A DNA stretch of 64,000 nt from Toensbergia leucococca (taxonomy: Eukaryota): positions 1 through 64,000 of the forward strand of contig JALDZS010000011.1 in NCBI GenBank assembly GCA_022813965.1, given 5' to 3'. Shown here one piece after another: positions 1 through 10,604 of the stretch (within the stretch, counting starts at the first letter, position 1; every line of letters starts with the position of its first letter). The position numbers and the translations under genes are program-made. The notes under the pieces were generated by a model, which was given only the letters and a program-made list of their open reading frames with translations, did not search any database and was not told the DNA's origin.

Positions 1-930
1 CAGATCGTCTTCCCTGCCTGCAGCTCCTCTCAACCTGCTGCCCCCCCCCTTGTTTGTTTGGAGGGCTGAGCGTTTCTTGGAGCAAATGCATAGAGTCAGA
101 AGGATGGTTTTTTGGTGACTGGGAACGCTTCAGGGGGGTTTTTGAGTTGGAAATCATGCGCAGGTGGATGGATCGCCTTGGTGGAGAAGAGCTTCTTCTT
201 CTCTCCGCTTCGGACAGAACTGGGGATGTTTTCCCAAGAAATTTGCTTTCTGTGTCTTGTTTTGGGGGGGAAACGCAAGATGGGATTACTGAGCTCTCTG
301 GCTTGGCTTCGTTTTCATTTCCCTGTTCTTGTTCCACGTGCTTTGTTTGCGGATCAAGTCATCGCTTCCATCTCTCATACATCCAGTTTGGAAAATCGTA
401 GCTTAGTCTTACCCCCCCACCCCGGTGTTCGGTGAATCCCGTACTCTGGGGCCGTGGGGGGTCTTTGCCTCTTCTTTTAGGTCGAATTGTGAGGATTTGG
501 GTAAGGGAGCGCACTGAGGAAATGGGATGCGTAATTTTCACAGGCCCTCTTTTCTTTCGTTTTCCCTTCCCTTCTCCTTCTTTTGAATTCTCTGTTTCCC
601 TGTTGCGAGCTCCTGGCTAAGAACGTGAGAGTCAAAGTGTCTGTTGCTTTTTTGGTTTTGGCGTTTTGCTAAATTTGGAGTTTCGAGGGGAGGGGGTTTG
701 GGGGGCTAGAGGTCGCTGAATCTGAGATTTAGGTTTCTTCTACGCTCTTGACACGCCCTTCTTTTTTATCCTTTTTGGGAAGAGAGGATTGCTGAGGGTT
801 ACGAGTTTTTTTGTCTTTTTTGGGGGGAAGGGGGGAGGTAAAATGGTAAGAAATGTTTGAGAAAACCTGAGCACGGTTGCAGGATGCAAAGAAGAAGGGA
901 GAAAGTTGTTGCAGCATGTGATTTTGCACA
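1..930 (-). CDS. Possible low-complexity hypothetical protein (gene model unresolved, may run off the window)
   Basis: Minus-strand Ser/Pro/Lys-rich reading segments (…GKRKKRGPVKITHPISS…, …HVEQEQGNENEAKPESSVIPS…RRSSSPPRRS…) separated by a candidate GTAAGA intron near 412. No recognisable domain. Confidence 0.25.
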
Positions 931-1348
931 AGGGGAATTTGTTGATAGTGTTTTAACGTCTTGAATATGTGGTGGGTTGGAGGGTTTGCATGGGAAGAGG
1001 CTGATGGTGAGAAAGATGGAAATTGGATATATGAAAAATATTCTACTTGGAGAAAATGTTACTGGGATGCGTGGGGAAGCTGAGGAAGGGGATTCCTAAT
1101 GTTCATCCTGGGGCGGGGGAAGGGGGCTGGGGGGAACGAGTGAATGGGCGGGCTTCTGAAGTTGATATGGAGGGTGGTTAGATCTTCGTGGTAGCTTTGG
1201 TGAGTTTCTTGAGGCCGGAGTTCGATAGGGGACGCGGGGAGGCACCAGCAACTGCGTAGGCGTAGTGAGATGTTTGAAGGCAGCGCATGTGCCTTTTCTG
1301 CGGAATGGCGATATCTCCTAAACTTCTGTATGTAATCAATTCAAACTA

Positions 1349-2223
1349 CTACCAATACGACCCAGCACCACTACCCCCTTCCCTCCTCCGTTTCCCCTTC
1401 CCCTTTCCCTGCCGCTGGGTCCCGGGATTCCGTCGTGACGGGAAGGGACAGTCTTTTTTGGCGTGGCCTTTCTGGCCGCACGAATAGCATTCCATGTCGG
1501 CTCTTGTGCTCGTGGGTGGAGGGCCGCCAGTGGAAATGGAGGTTAGTGGTCGTTGGTGTTTAGGGGCTGGGGGGGATGGGTAATGTGGTTTGGGGAGGGA
1601 GGTGGGAGGGGAGGTAGGGGAGGAGGGGTTTGATGAATTTGGGGAGGGGGAGGGTGAGGGAGCCGTGCTTGGGTGGGTTTTCTGGGGATGCTTAGTGTGG
1701 TTTTGGGAATATCCCTAGCTTGCTTTGGAATGGTTGGGGAATCATTTACCTCTACCTCTCGATTGAACTTTCCAAAGCTTCTTCTTCCTCCAGCAACCTG
1801 AATCTCTCTCTCATCGTTCCCACCTCCCCGGTCTGAAGAATCAATATCCCCATACCCAGCTAATTTGACACTCAGCCCGCTCCTTTTATTAGTATCTCCG
1901 TCTTGGAGACTGAAATACCACTTTGTTTCACCGGCTTCAGCACCTTGCCGTTCTAAAGCTTGTGATCGCTTTTCTTCTTCGGCTTCAAGAGCGGCGCGGA
2001 TGGTGAGGAGGTCTGTGGAAGTACTTGTTGTTGTTGAGGAGGAGGGGGAGGTTTTTTGGCGCTTAGATGGTGGGAAAGAGGGGGTGGGGGAGGGTTGGGA
2101 AGCGGCGGCGCGTTGCATGAACTGTAAAATGAGTTATTACGGAGCTGGATTGGGGAGAGGGGAGGGGACCTTCATGGTTAGGAGACGGGAGGACATGGCT
2201 TTTTGGGGCGGTTTGCTGGACAT
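1349..2223 (-). CDS. MPP6: M-phase phosphoprotein 6 (MPP6)-like exosome cofactor with C-terminal CCHC zinc knuckle; 3 exons (introns ~2122-2169, ~1682-1749)
   Basis: Spliced translation MSSKPPQKAMSSRLLTMK|FMQRAAA…KWYF…GRRSFGKFNREVE matches the MPP6 motifs (LLxMKFMQR; GRxSFxxFNxEVE). Exon 3 encodes CYSCGQKGHAKKDC. Confidence 0.85.
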
Positions 2224-2481
2224 GGTGGTGGTTCGCTCGAGAGGGTTAGCTGTGGTGTAGTGAAATCCTGTTATTTCAGTAGTAGATACATTTGCTATGG
2301 TCATCAACAGGATTTAGATATTTAGATGATGAGCGGCGAAAAGTGATGTCGCACGTATTTTTGGAGATTTACTCGTTTTCATCGACATTTAATGCGGCGG
2401 CAAACCTTCATCCAAGCGCAACAACGACTCCACTTAACCTCAACAAACGCCCACCACCATCAACCTCCCCCACAAAATAAA
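2224..2481. promoter_or_regulatory. Compact bidirectional promoter between MPP6-like and NDUFS6
   Basis: Divergent start codons separated by only 258 bp. Confidence 0.55.
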
Positions 2482-3329
2482 ATGCTCTCCCCCCTCCGCC
2501 GCCGCCTCCCCCTCTCCATCTCCCACCTCTCCCGCCTCCCCTACTCCACTGCCTCCCGCACCTCCGACCGCATCCCAACCAACGACCCCTCCCCCCCCTC
2601 CCCCGTCCAAAACGTCTCCGACACCAACGCCCTCCCCATCTCCGCCCAAGGCCTTCGCGATGCGCCCTTACAGGAAATGCCCGAGGACGCGGAGCGCCAG
2701 CGCCAGATGCAGAGTCCGAATCGCGCCGAGGTGTGGAGCCGGAGCCAGCAGGCGAGGGATCAGGCGATGAGCGGGCCACGGTTTGAGCAGACGATTATGG
2801 AGTTTCAGGTTAGTTTTTCTTTTTTGAGGGGGGGGATGGGAAGGTGGCGGAAGGAGGGGTTTCTGGGCAGATGGATTGGATGGAGTTGGGGAGAGGGATT
2901 GGATGATTTTGCTGATTTGAGGGCATGGATGTAGCCGCAACCGTACGCGGCAATTGATCTTATTCATCGGCAGCCAGTCAGGTGGACGAACAAGAGGGTA
3001 GTTTCTTGCGATGGTGGAGGAGGACCTTTGGGCCATCCCAGGATTTTCATCAATGTCGACAAGCCGCAGATCAACATGTGCACGTATTGCGGCCTTCCTT
3101 TCGTACGTACTCTACCCACTCCACTCATAATCTTTATTTTTCTACTGTGTTCGGGAGTGAGAGAGCCCGACGTGAGGAGCCTTGCTTATACGATCGTCAG
3201 GCAAATGAGCACCACCGGAAACATCTACAGAGTCTACCATCGACTACCTACCCCTTGGAGCCAGTGAATCATCCAGCCGAAGTGCCAGAATCGCAGCGAG
3301 TGACAGATGAGCCTATGTCTCAGCGCTAA
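2482..3329 (+). CDS. NDUFS6: NADH:ubiquinone oxidoreductase NDUFS6/13 kDa-A subunit (zf-CHCC); introns 2809-2934, 3103-3200
   Basis: Arg-rich mitochondrial presequence; WSRSQ…AMSGPRFEQT…QPQPYAAIDLI…VSCDGGGGPLGHPRIFINVDKP…CTYCGLPF motifs; canonical splice sites. Confidence 0.95.
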
Positions 3330-3440
3330 AGCTGTCATAGTATTCTAGTCTATCTGCGATGTTGGGGTATATAGTAATGAACCAGAATTCCAAAACTCCA
3401 GCCTCTTTCTTGAAGTTTGGCCCAAAAAGCTCACGTCCTT

Positions 3441-4475
3441 TCAACGCCCTTTTTTCACTTGTTTAATCCAAGCATCTGCATACTCCGCCTCGGCCACCGC
3501 CTTTCTCCTTCTTCCTTCATGAAGCCTCTGCTTGGCAATCAAGGCCTCCCTCTGCACTCTCCACGCTCTGACCTTCTCCTCGAAGTCTACCCTCTTCGCA
3601 AACGATTCCAACGCCTCATCACACACCTCTTCCCTCGTGACGCTCTCCGTATTCCTCACCCCATCCCACTTAGGCAACCAGTCCTGCACAAACTCCCTAT
3701 ACGTCTCCCTCTCCCTCAACCTCTTCTTCTCCTTCCCAGGAACCTCTCCCCCTTCTCCCCAAACAAATGCCCTCCTCTCAAAAAACCTCCCCCCAACAAC
3801 CCACAGAAACATCTCCTCCAACGTCTCAAACCCTCTCAAAAACAGACCTTCATCCAGCCCCAAAAATCCCAACACAGCCCCTCTATCCCGCGTCAAAAAA
3901 ACCAAGCTCTTCTTCCGATCCAACTTTTCAATCTCCTTGATCCGAATATACAACCCCGTATCATTAGCCGAAAGCCCAAACCCTCGAATCGTCGTGCCGA
4001 GTATATTCCATAAATCGCCATACGCCTGATGGAAGCATTCCCATTCCCACAGGCCACCGTCTCGGCACACATGCACGTCAACCTGCACATAGCATTCCAT
4101 TATCACATTCGCCCGCGCCAGCTCAATTTCCCGGCCCCCTTCCACCCCATCGACCATCTCCCCCTCCACCTCCTCCTCCTCCCCCTCAGGCCACCGCACC
4201 GCAAAGCTTGTCACCTCACCATTCGACACCCAACACTTTGCCCCCAACGCCTCGGCCACTCTCACCGGCGTCAAGGCTCTTAGTTCGGGTGAAGCGACGA
4301 GAATATCGACGTCACCGTGGAAGGTCTTTGCGGGTGTGGCGGGCGGAGTTGCGATGTGCGTGTAGAGGGGAGAGAGGAGGGCGTGGTAGACTGGGAGGAG
4401 GGAGGTGTAGAGGGTACGTGGGAGGCGGGGAGTGTGGAGGCTGTTGGGAGGGGCGAGGAAGGCTTTGCCGCCCAT
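3441..4475 (-). CDS. Intronless 344-aa putative Pol-beta-superfamily nucleotidyltransferase-like protein
   Basis: N-terminal MGGKAF, KTFHGDVDIL (GDxD), YVQVDVH (third acidic residue), YGDLWNILG…GLSANDTGL…FLGLD…GFETLEEMF. Confidence 0.7.
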   Translation of the reverse strand: MGGKAFLAPPNSLHTPRLPRTLYTSLLPVYHALLSPLYTHIATPPATPAKTFHGDVDILVASPELRALTPVRVAEALGAKCWVSNGEVTSFAVRWPEGEEEEVEGEMVDGVEGGREIELARANVIMECYVQVDVHVCRDGGLWEWECFHQAYGDLWNILGTTIRGFGLSANDTGLYIRIKEIEKLDRKKSLVFLTRDRGAVLGFLGLDEGLFLRGFETLEEMFLWVVGGRFFERRAFVWGEGGEVPGKEKKRLRERETYREFVQDWLPKWDGVRNTESVTREEVCDEALESFAKRVDFEEKVRAWRVQREALIAKQRLHEGRRRKAVAEAEYADAWIKQVKKGR

Positions 4476-4980
4476 TTGGGAATTTTTGGGGGTGGTTGAT
4501 ACGTGTGGTTGGGAGAGTGTAGACGGTTTGGAATCGGAGTGTGAGTCTTATCGGGGCAACTGTGTGGCCGAGGCTTAGCGTCGGGGGTCGCTGTTGCCAA
4601 AACTCCGTCTCGCTTAATTTCCCCGCGTGTTTATGTCTTACGGACGAGAGCGGATTGGGCGAATCAGGCTGCTATTGCTGGAGATGGAGAGTATGGAATT
4701 AATGAAAGCGCTGACGTGGAGTCTTGACATAACGTCCGTAAGTATACGTATCGCTATACGCAAGCTTTGGGTTTGTGGGCGCCGACGTGCTTGGGAGATG
4801 GGGAACTTGAACGATAAATAGAACCTGCTTTCCCTGGGAGTCTCGTTATCATCAGTATCTTTATTCGCAATAGACATTCAAAGCTGCAATTCCAAAGAGC
4901 TCTAACAGTTCGAAATTCGACATTTAAGCTCATACTTCCACCTATTCCAAAAGCCCAAACACAAACCTCCAATCTCACCA

Positions 4981-5841
4981 ATGGATCAGAAATACACCAT
5001 GTCTTCAACCTCCCTTCTCGTTCCCCCTCCCTCATATGAAGCCCTTTCCGTAGTCAACGCGCCCGTTCCAGAGAAATCTCAGCTTCCCGTCTTCAACATC
5101 ACCCAAGTTGATTCTTCACCGGCCTCAACATCCCCGGCTCCGATCCTCATCTCCAGCGCCTTGAACGACCTCTCTTCCGGCATCCCCTACCACCCCATCC
5201 TCGAATCCCATAACATCACCTCGGCTTCCTGGACTCAATTTGTGTTGGACGTCCAGAACGCCGCTTCAACAAGCTCTTGCCAGAAAGCCCTCGCTGTCCT
5301 GAGCGGCGTCGGTACCGCCACCTGGGCACCATGGTTGTCGTATGCTGTTGGGCGGCAAGTGCTTCATGCTCTGGAAGCGAGGAATGTGAGGATTGGGCTA
5401 GAAGAGGGGAATGAGGCGGGAAAAAAATGTTGCGGACAGGAAAAAGGTAGTGGCTGTTGTGGATCGAAGAAGGAGAACCTTGGCGAAGTGCTCAAGAAGT
5501 GGAATCAGGTATGGAGTCAGTCAGGAGTGCAGGTGCGATTGGAGGTCTTGGGTATAGGAGAAGCTGAGGCGGAGGAAAATGGATGTGGGTTGGAAAGGAA
5601 GCATGGCGCCTGTGGAAGAAAATCGAAGTGCTGCGAAAGGAAAGGGAAGTGCAGTGACAGGAAGATGGCTTGTGGTAGTAGGAAGGGGAACTGCCATGCA
5701 CGAAAGAGGAGGTGCTGTGGTAGGGATGAAAGGAAGAGGTTTCGAATTGTGATCGAGACAGTGGGACAGGAAGCAGGCACGAACGATTCGGAGAAAAACA
5801 TGGACGAGAAGACGGAAACTGGTGTGGTGGAGACGGAGTAA
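4981..5841 (+). CDS. Hypothetical protein with Cys/Lys-rich (metallothionein-like) inserts
   Basis: 286-aa intronless ORF; HNITSASWTQFVLDV and KKWNQVW…GVQVRLE blocks; CCG/CC/KC-rich segments. Confidence 0.75.
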   Translation: MDQKYTMSSTSLLVPPPSYEALSVVNAPVPEKSQLPVFNITQVDSSPASTSPAPILISSALNDLSSGIPYHPILESHNITSASWTQFVLDVQNAASTSSCQKALAVLSGVGTATWAPWLSYAVGRQVLHALEARNVRIGLEEGNEAGKKCCGQEKGSGCCGSKKENLGEVLKKWNQVWSQSGVQVRLEVLGIGEAEAEENGCGLERKHGACGRKSKCCERKGKCSDRKMACGSRKGNCHARKRRCCGRDERKRFRIVIETVGQEAGTNDSEKNMDEKTETGVVETE

Positions 5842-6309
5842 CGGGACAGTAGAAAGGGGTGGTGTAAGATAGAAGAGGATGGAGTGGCTACTGCGGTGTC
5901 TTGCTTGGATCTTTGAGTTTTTGCTTTGAAAGAGAATTGATTGATGTAATTAATTTGTTAGTATTAGAGATCTAGCTTTTGTCTACCAGAGATGTACTCA
6001 TGGATCTCTTCTTTTGTTGGAGAGCATGAAGAGCACTGTTGAAGATCCCCGATCAGATGTGGGAACTGATTGATGAGATGGCAGATTTGAAAGCTACAGA
6101 TGAGAATGGAAATGAATCCATCATCAGCGAGGCGAGAGAATGATACTGCCAATGGATTGATGAGATAAAATATTGGTGAGGTGAGGTGAGGGGAAAAGAA
6201 AGAGACAGAGAAAGAAAAGAAAACATCGAGATTCCGAATTTCAACGTCTGACCTGAACCGAAGAATTCAATTCCCTCGTTTCTCACCTCCACAAATACAT
6301 CTCTCCAAA

Positions 6310-7480
6310 ATGGCCGAAGCTCCAATAGAACCAGAAAAAGAGCCTGCAACCTTCGAAGAACTCGCCAGCCTCGAAAAAGAATTCGAAGCCGTCGAGCTCG
6401 AAATCCGTAAGCCCCATAAATCTCCAATTCTCCCCCCTAACCTCAATTCCCTCCCTAACCCCCAAAAAACAGTACGCAACTCCACCCTCGCCTGCGCCCC
6501 TCTCTACACCAAACGCGCCCACTTAATCTCTCGCATCCCCCACTTCTGGCCCCTCGTCCTCGAGGAAGCTCCTCCGGAAATAGCCCAGCACATCTCCCCC
6601 TCCGACTCCGCCGCCCTGAGCACCCTCCTCTCGCTCACCGTCTCGCGCTTCGAAATCTCTCCCGACACCTCTCTCGTTTCTGCTGCTGCTGCGGCGCTTC
6701 CTGATTATGATGGTGCTTCCGGGAAGAAAGGTGATCCGAGGAATTTGAGCTTTGTGTTTGAATTCGGAGAAAATGATTGGGTGGAGGCTGGGGTTGTGGA
6801 GAAGAGGTTTTGGTGGAGGGGAGGGGGGTTGGTTAGTGAGCCTGTGCGGGTTAGGTGGAAGGAGGGGAAGGATTTGACGGGCGGATTGCTGGATCGGGCT
6901 GTGGTTGTGTGGGAGAAGGAGAAGCGGGCGAATGGGAAAGGTAAGGGGAAGGATGGGCATGTGGAGGGGTATGCCGAATTGGTCGATCTGGTTGAGAGGA
7001 CTAGTCAGGGTGCTGTGAGCTTCTTCGCCTGGTTTGGATACAGAGGGAGAGATGGGGAGGGGGTAGAGGGGAAGAGGGCTAAGGATGAGGATGAGGAGGA
7101 AGAGGATCTTGAGGAGGGGGAGGGCATGGAAGCGGAGATTTTCCCGGGAGGGGAGGAGGTGGCTGTTGCCATCAGTGAGGATTTGTGGCCGCAGGCTATC
7201 AAGTATTTCAGTGCGTTTCCTCCATCTATTCCCTCATCCTTCATCCCACTTCCGCCCCGTCATCGCCATTCCATCCATCCATATCCAAGAAAAGCACGCT
7301 AATGCCCCTACAGCCCAAGCCCAGGAACATGATCTCTCGGACGGAGACTCGGATTTGGAAGAAGAAGAAGAAGAAGATTCGCCCGACGCCGACGACAACG
7401 AGAGCGAAAGCGGCGATTTGCGCCATCTGGTCGCCGGCAGCGGAAGCGAGGGCCCTCCCAAGAAAAAACTCAAGACTTGA
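6310..7480 (+). CDS. VPS75: NAP-family histone chaperone (Vps75/SET-like); introns 6407-6472 and 7211-7313
   Basis: PLYTKRAHLISRIPHFWPLVL, FVFEFGENDW, VRWKEGKDLT, SFFAWFGY, ISEDLWPQAIKYF, acidic tail and PPKKKLKT NLS. Confidence 0.9.
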
Positions 7481-7516
7481 CTGTCTCTGATTCCCTTTCT
7501 TGCATCCCCTAAAAGA

Positions 7517-8089
7517 AACCCTCGTACCCGTCTAAGCACCCCGGCCAAGCCAAGCCCAGGGGAAGTCCTAACCCGCTCCTCCCCAAACCCAAGTCATCAA
7601 CCGTCACTGCCTGCAGGGGGGACTGCAAGCGCTAGTTTACATAGCCACAGAACGCGATATTCCAGTTCTTTGCAAAAAGGCTCGATAGAGCGTCTCTAAT
7701 CCGCCGTTCTACCTGCGACAATAGCCTGAGAGTTGAATCCCAACCAGGGATCTCAATTGAGACCGGATTTAACGGGCTGGACATGACATCTCAGGTGTGT
7801 CCCTAACATATTGGAACTGCTTCCTTGGCTATGTTCTGGGAGATGACTGAATCAGGGATACTATCCCCCCAATGCTCTCAGCCATCACACTTAGAGTCTC
7901 GGGGCTGTTTCCAAGGAGCCGGTATTCTCTCTGTTCAGCGCTGGTGAGAAAGGACAAGCCACGTGCCCTGCACACTATACCTAGATGATGTGGGCCTTGG
8001 CTTTCTCATTGGAATGATTGTGCACAATAGTCTAGGTACTTGAAAGGGGCTTTGACAACTATTGGACTACTTGTTCTTCTCTCACATGT
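7517..8089 (+). ncRNA. Candidate structured RNA (unassigned ncRNA or structured 3' UTR)
   Basis: Nested helices 7531-7536/7890-7895, 7592-7598/7842-7848, 7640-7647/7826-7833 and 7663-7668/7814-7819. Hairpins 7941-7952/8001-8012 and 8028-8035/8062-8069 have G-U pairs favouring the + strand. ACA at 8084-8086. Confidence 0.4.
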
Positions 8090-8224
8090 ATATAATCGTC
8101 GAGCACGTTTAAGCATTACCCAACCTCCCTCCCTCCTTCCCTCTTTCTCACTAGTCAGTAAAGCAACAAACGGCCTAGAAAAACCCTCTTATTCTTTCCC
8201 CCCTTGATACAACAAAACACAATC

Positions 8225-8237
8225 ACACACACACACA

Positions 8238-8260
<23 letters not shown>
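8225..8260. repeat. Compound (CA)n(CT)n microsatellite
   Basis: cacacacacacacactctctctctctctctctctctc seen directly. Confidence 0.9.
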
Positions 8261-8268
<8 letters not shown>

Positions 8269-8743
8269 CGAAATCATAGCTAATATACGTCCCCATCACC
8301 CCCTCCCACCATCCCCTTCCCCCCTTCCGAAATAAAACACAACCCACACCCCCTCCCCTCCCCACCTCTCTCTCAAACCACACTTCAATCCTACTGCATG
8401 GAGTAGCAAAACGCCACTTCTTCTCAATTGACTTTATTGAGATCGAGCATGCTGTTCTTCCTGTTGCAAGGTGGGCTGGCGGCTAGGTAGTGGCCTCGGT
8501 CATAGAAAAACGCTTTGTAGATTCGTCCCCAGCAGGGAGCATTTAGCCCAAGATCGCGACACGTTGAGTGGTCGAGTACTTAACGCATATAGTGCATTCT
8601 ATTCCCCCTTGCAACAGATCCAAGCTGGAGAATGGCATTTTTTGAACACGCTTGAGTGAATAAAAATTGTTCTCACACGGCAAACCTCCCACGAAAGGCC
8701 CTATGGAAGACATGGTCAGGTTCTCTCATACGAGGAACCTAGG

Positions 8744-9589
8744 TTAGCTCATTAAGATGGACCCTAGCCACAGACTCGCAGACTGCACACCCGGCTTCAA
8801 CATCACATCCACAGCCACACTTTGCGTCCCATCAGGCACCGGATCCACACTCAACCCCGTACAATTTGTGCAAAAGCTCATCCCACCAGGAAGTGTCTGC
8901 CAAAAGACATGACCGTGCACATTTACCGCCTTTTGTGCTTGTACACCGAAGCTCGAAGCATTGAGCGATTGATCCGAGTCCACGCTCGTTAGTAGAGCTT
9001 CAATGGCGTACTGCGACGACGCCACGCCTGTGGACGGTAATCCAACCTGGGATGCCCCAGTCGAAAACCTCTCAACCTCTTTCTCCCGTGCCACAAGCGT
9101 GTATTTGAGAAAGTCATCCTTGTCAGTACAGAACGCCGATCGTGCGCGCGGAGTTTGTGCCTTGCTGTCTACGCACACCCGAATCCCAGGGCACCGACCA
9201 GCGACAAGCCTGACCTGCATCTGGCTTATTGAGCTCATTGGGTCGTCGATGACGCAAGTAATGAGATATTCTTGCGCGCTCATTGGACGGGTGCATGCTG
9301 CGGCTTGATATCGGTATCCAATTGGGCAAGGGCCAATTATTTGAGAAGTTGTCCGTTTTTGATATTTGTGTGTTGGATGGAGAGTGGCGATCATTGAAGA
9401 GGTGAATTTGTCTGCGAATTCGCGGACATCTATTGTGAGGGCAATATTGAAGAGTAGAGGTGACGTTGCAAGCTGCAGGAGAGAAGTAAAGCCTGAGCTC
9501 GGTGGCCTATCGATTGCGATTACAAGATCTGACATCTGGAGGGCTAAGGCTAGAAATGCTAGAAGTGTGACACAGACAGGGGAAAGCAT
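8744..9589 (-). CDS. Secreted Cys-rich protein with pro-domain and Kex2 site (FOLD/SIX6-like effector candidate), paralogue of 55804-56562
   Basis: Signal peptide MLSPVCVTLLAFLALAL; YQKR site; C-x10-C-x12-C-x20-C-x5-C-x14-C; C-terminal AQK…W..LPGG…CxxC…VPDGT. Confidence 0.75.
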   Translation of the reverse strand: MLSPVCVTLLAFLALALQMSDLVIAIDRPPSSGFTSLLQLATSPLLFNIALTIDVREFADKFTSSMIATLHPTHKYQKRTTSQIIGPCPIGYRYQAAACTRPMSAQEYLITCVIDDPMSSISQMQVRLVAGRCPGIRVCVDSKAQTPRARSAFCTDKDDFLKYTLVAREKEVERFSTGASQVGLPSTGVASSQYAIEALLTSVDSDQSLNASSFGVQAQKAVNVHGHVFWQTLPGGMSFCTNCTGLSVDPVPDGTQSVAVDVMLKPGVQSASLWLGSILMS

Positions 9590-10016
9590 GCTGTCCGATA
9601 ACCCTTCGAATTTCTGTTTCCCCTCGATATAATCAAGGGTGAAGAGTGAGAGAATCTTAAATGATAGAGAGGAAAACAAACCAAATTCGGGTCCAAGCAA
9701 AGCATGTTTCAATAAAACTTGAGTGAGAGCAAACATGCCTCATAGTGCGCTTCGGAAGGTCGTGTAGATGGATTGACCCGCACCTATACTTTGACCTAAG
9801 CCAAAACGTCCTTCGCTTACATAGCGGAAGAATGCCTATGTATCGCTTTTTGAGGAGTGGTATGACAGCTGAGAGCACCAATTAGTAGGCTCGTTGAGTA
9901 CAGATTTGCAAGCAGAATGCGTCGAAAGAAGCCAGAACCCCGCAGGAGAAAGATGTTTCGTAATAAATCCAGTTGAAAGGTATGCGATAGCCTGGTATGG
10001 TCCTTGGTAACACTCG

Positions 10017-10604
10017 TCATCTTTCTTCGAATTCCCACCCCCAGAACTTGACTTGCAGTTCGCTCTCCCCTCCCTCGACAGTCTCCTTCGTTGCAGGTCT
10101 TGCAGCATAGGCACCCACCTGCACCTCCCACCCACCATCATTGGCAAAAAACCAAGTGATTTCCCTTACAGGAAGTCTTTCCTCGACCTCGCCAGTGGAA
10201 GGGTTGAGCACAAGTTGATGGACCCATAGCACATGTCCGTCTCCCTCGACCTCCTTTTTCACCTCGATTGTGATTTCTTCTCCCTCAGCCGGATATATGC
10301 TCCAATCCGCCCAGTTGTCGCATCCGACCGTACTAATGAAAGTGCGATTATTGTAGAACTCAATACCGGTCTTAACCCATCTGGCTTTTTCGTCTGCTTT
10401 GGTCAGGTGCAGTAAAATGCCGCCCTGATCATAGAGATGCTTCCAGGGCGCAGAGAAGGAGACGCGGGTGCGGTAAAAGGATGATAGGGGAATGGGGGCA
10501 TGGAGGGAGGATGGTGCGTTGAAGTCATCTTTAGAAGGTGGGATTCGCCAAATATCTGTCCCGGGAGAAGCAGAGATGGTGAGAGTATTGGAAGGCTTTG
10601 CCAT
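10017..10604 (-). CDS. DUF1349-family (concanavalin A-like fold) protein
   Basis: ASPGTDIWRIPP, LYDQGGI, WVKTGIEF, STVGCDNWADWS, REITWFF, VGAYAARP motifs. Confidence 0.85.
   Translation of the reverse strand: MAKPSNTLTISASPGTDIWRIPPSKDDFNAPSSLHAPIPLSSFYRTRVSFSAPWKHLYDQGGILLHLTKADEKARWVKTGIEFYNNRTFISTVGCDNWADWSIYPAEGEEITIEVKKEVEGDGHVLWVHQLVLNPSTGEVEERLPVREITWFFANDGGWEVQVGAYAARPATKETVEGGESELQVKFWGWEFEER

Noticed and set aside
7567..7574. CCTAACCC as a telomerase template in the Vps75-downstream RNA
   Set aside because: Only 8 nt, the region is short, and no U-rich/A-rich pseudoknot follows.
9590..9736. Upstream extension of the 330-aa ORF (and likewise 10605-10763 for DUF1349)
   Set aside because: The signal peptide or conserved domain begins at a downstream ATG; the extensions look like open 5' UTR.
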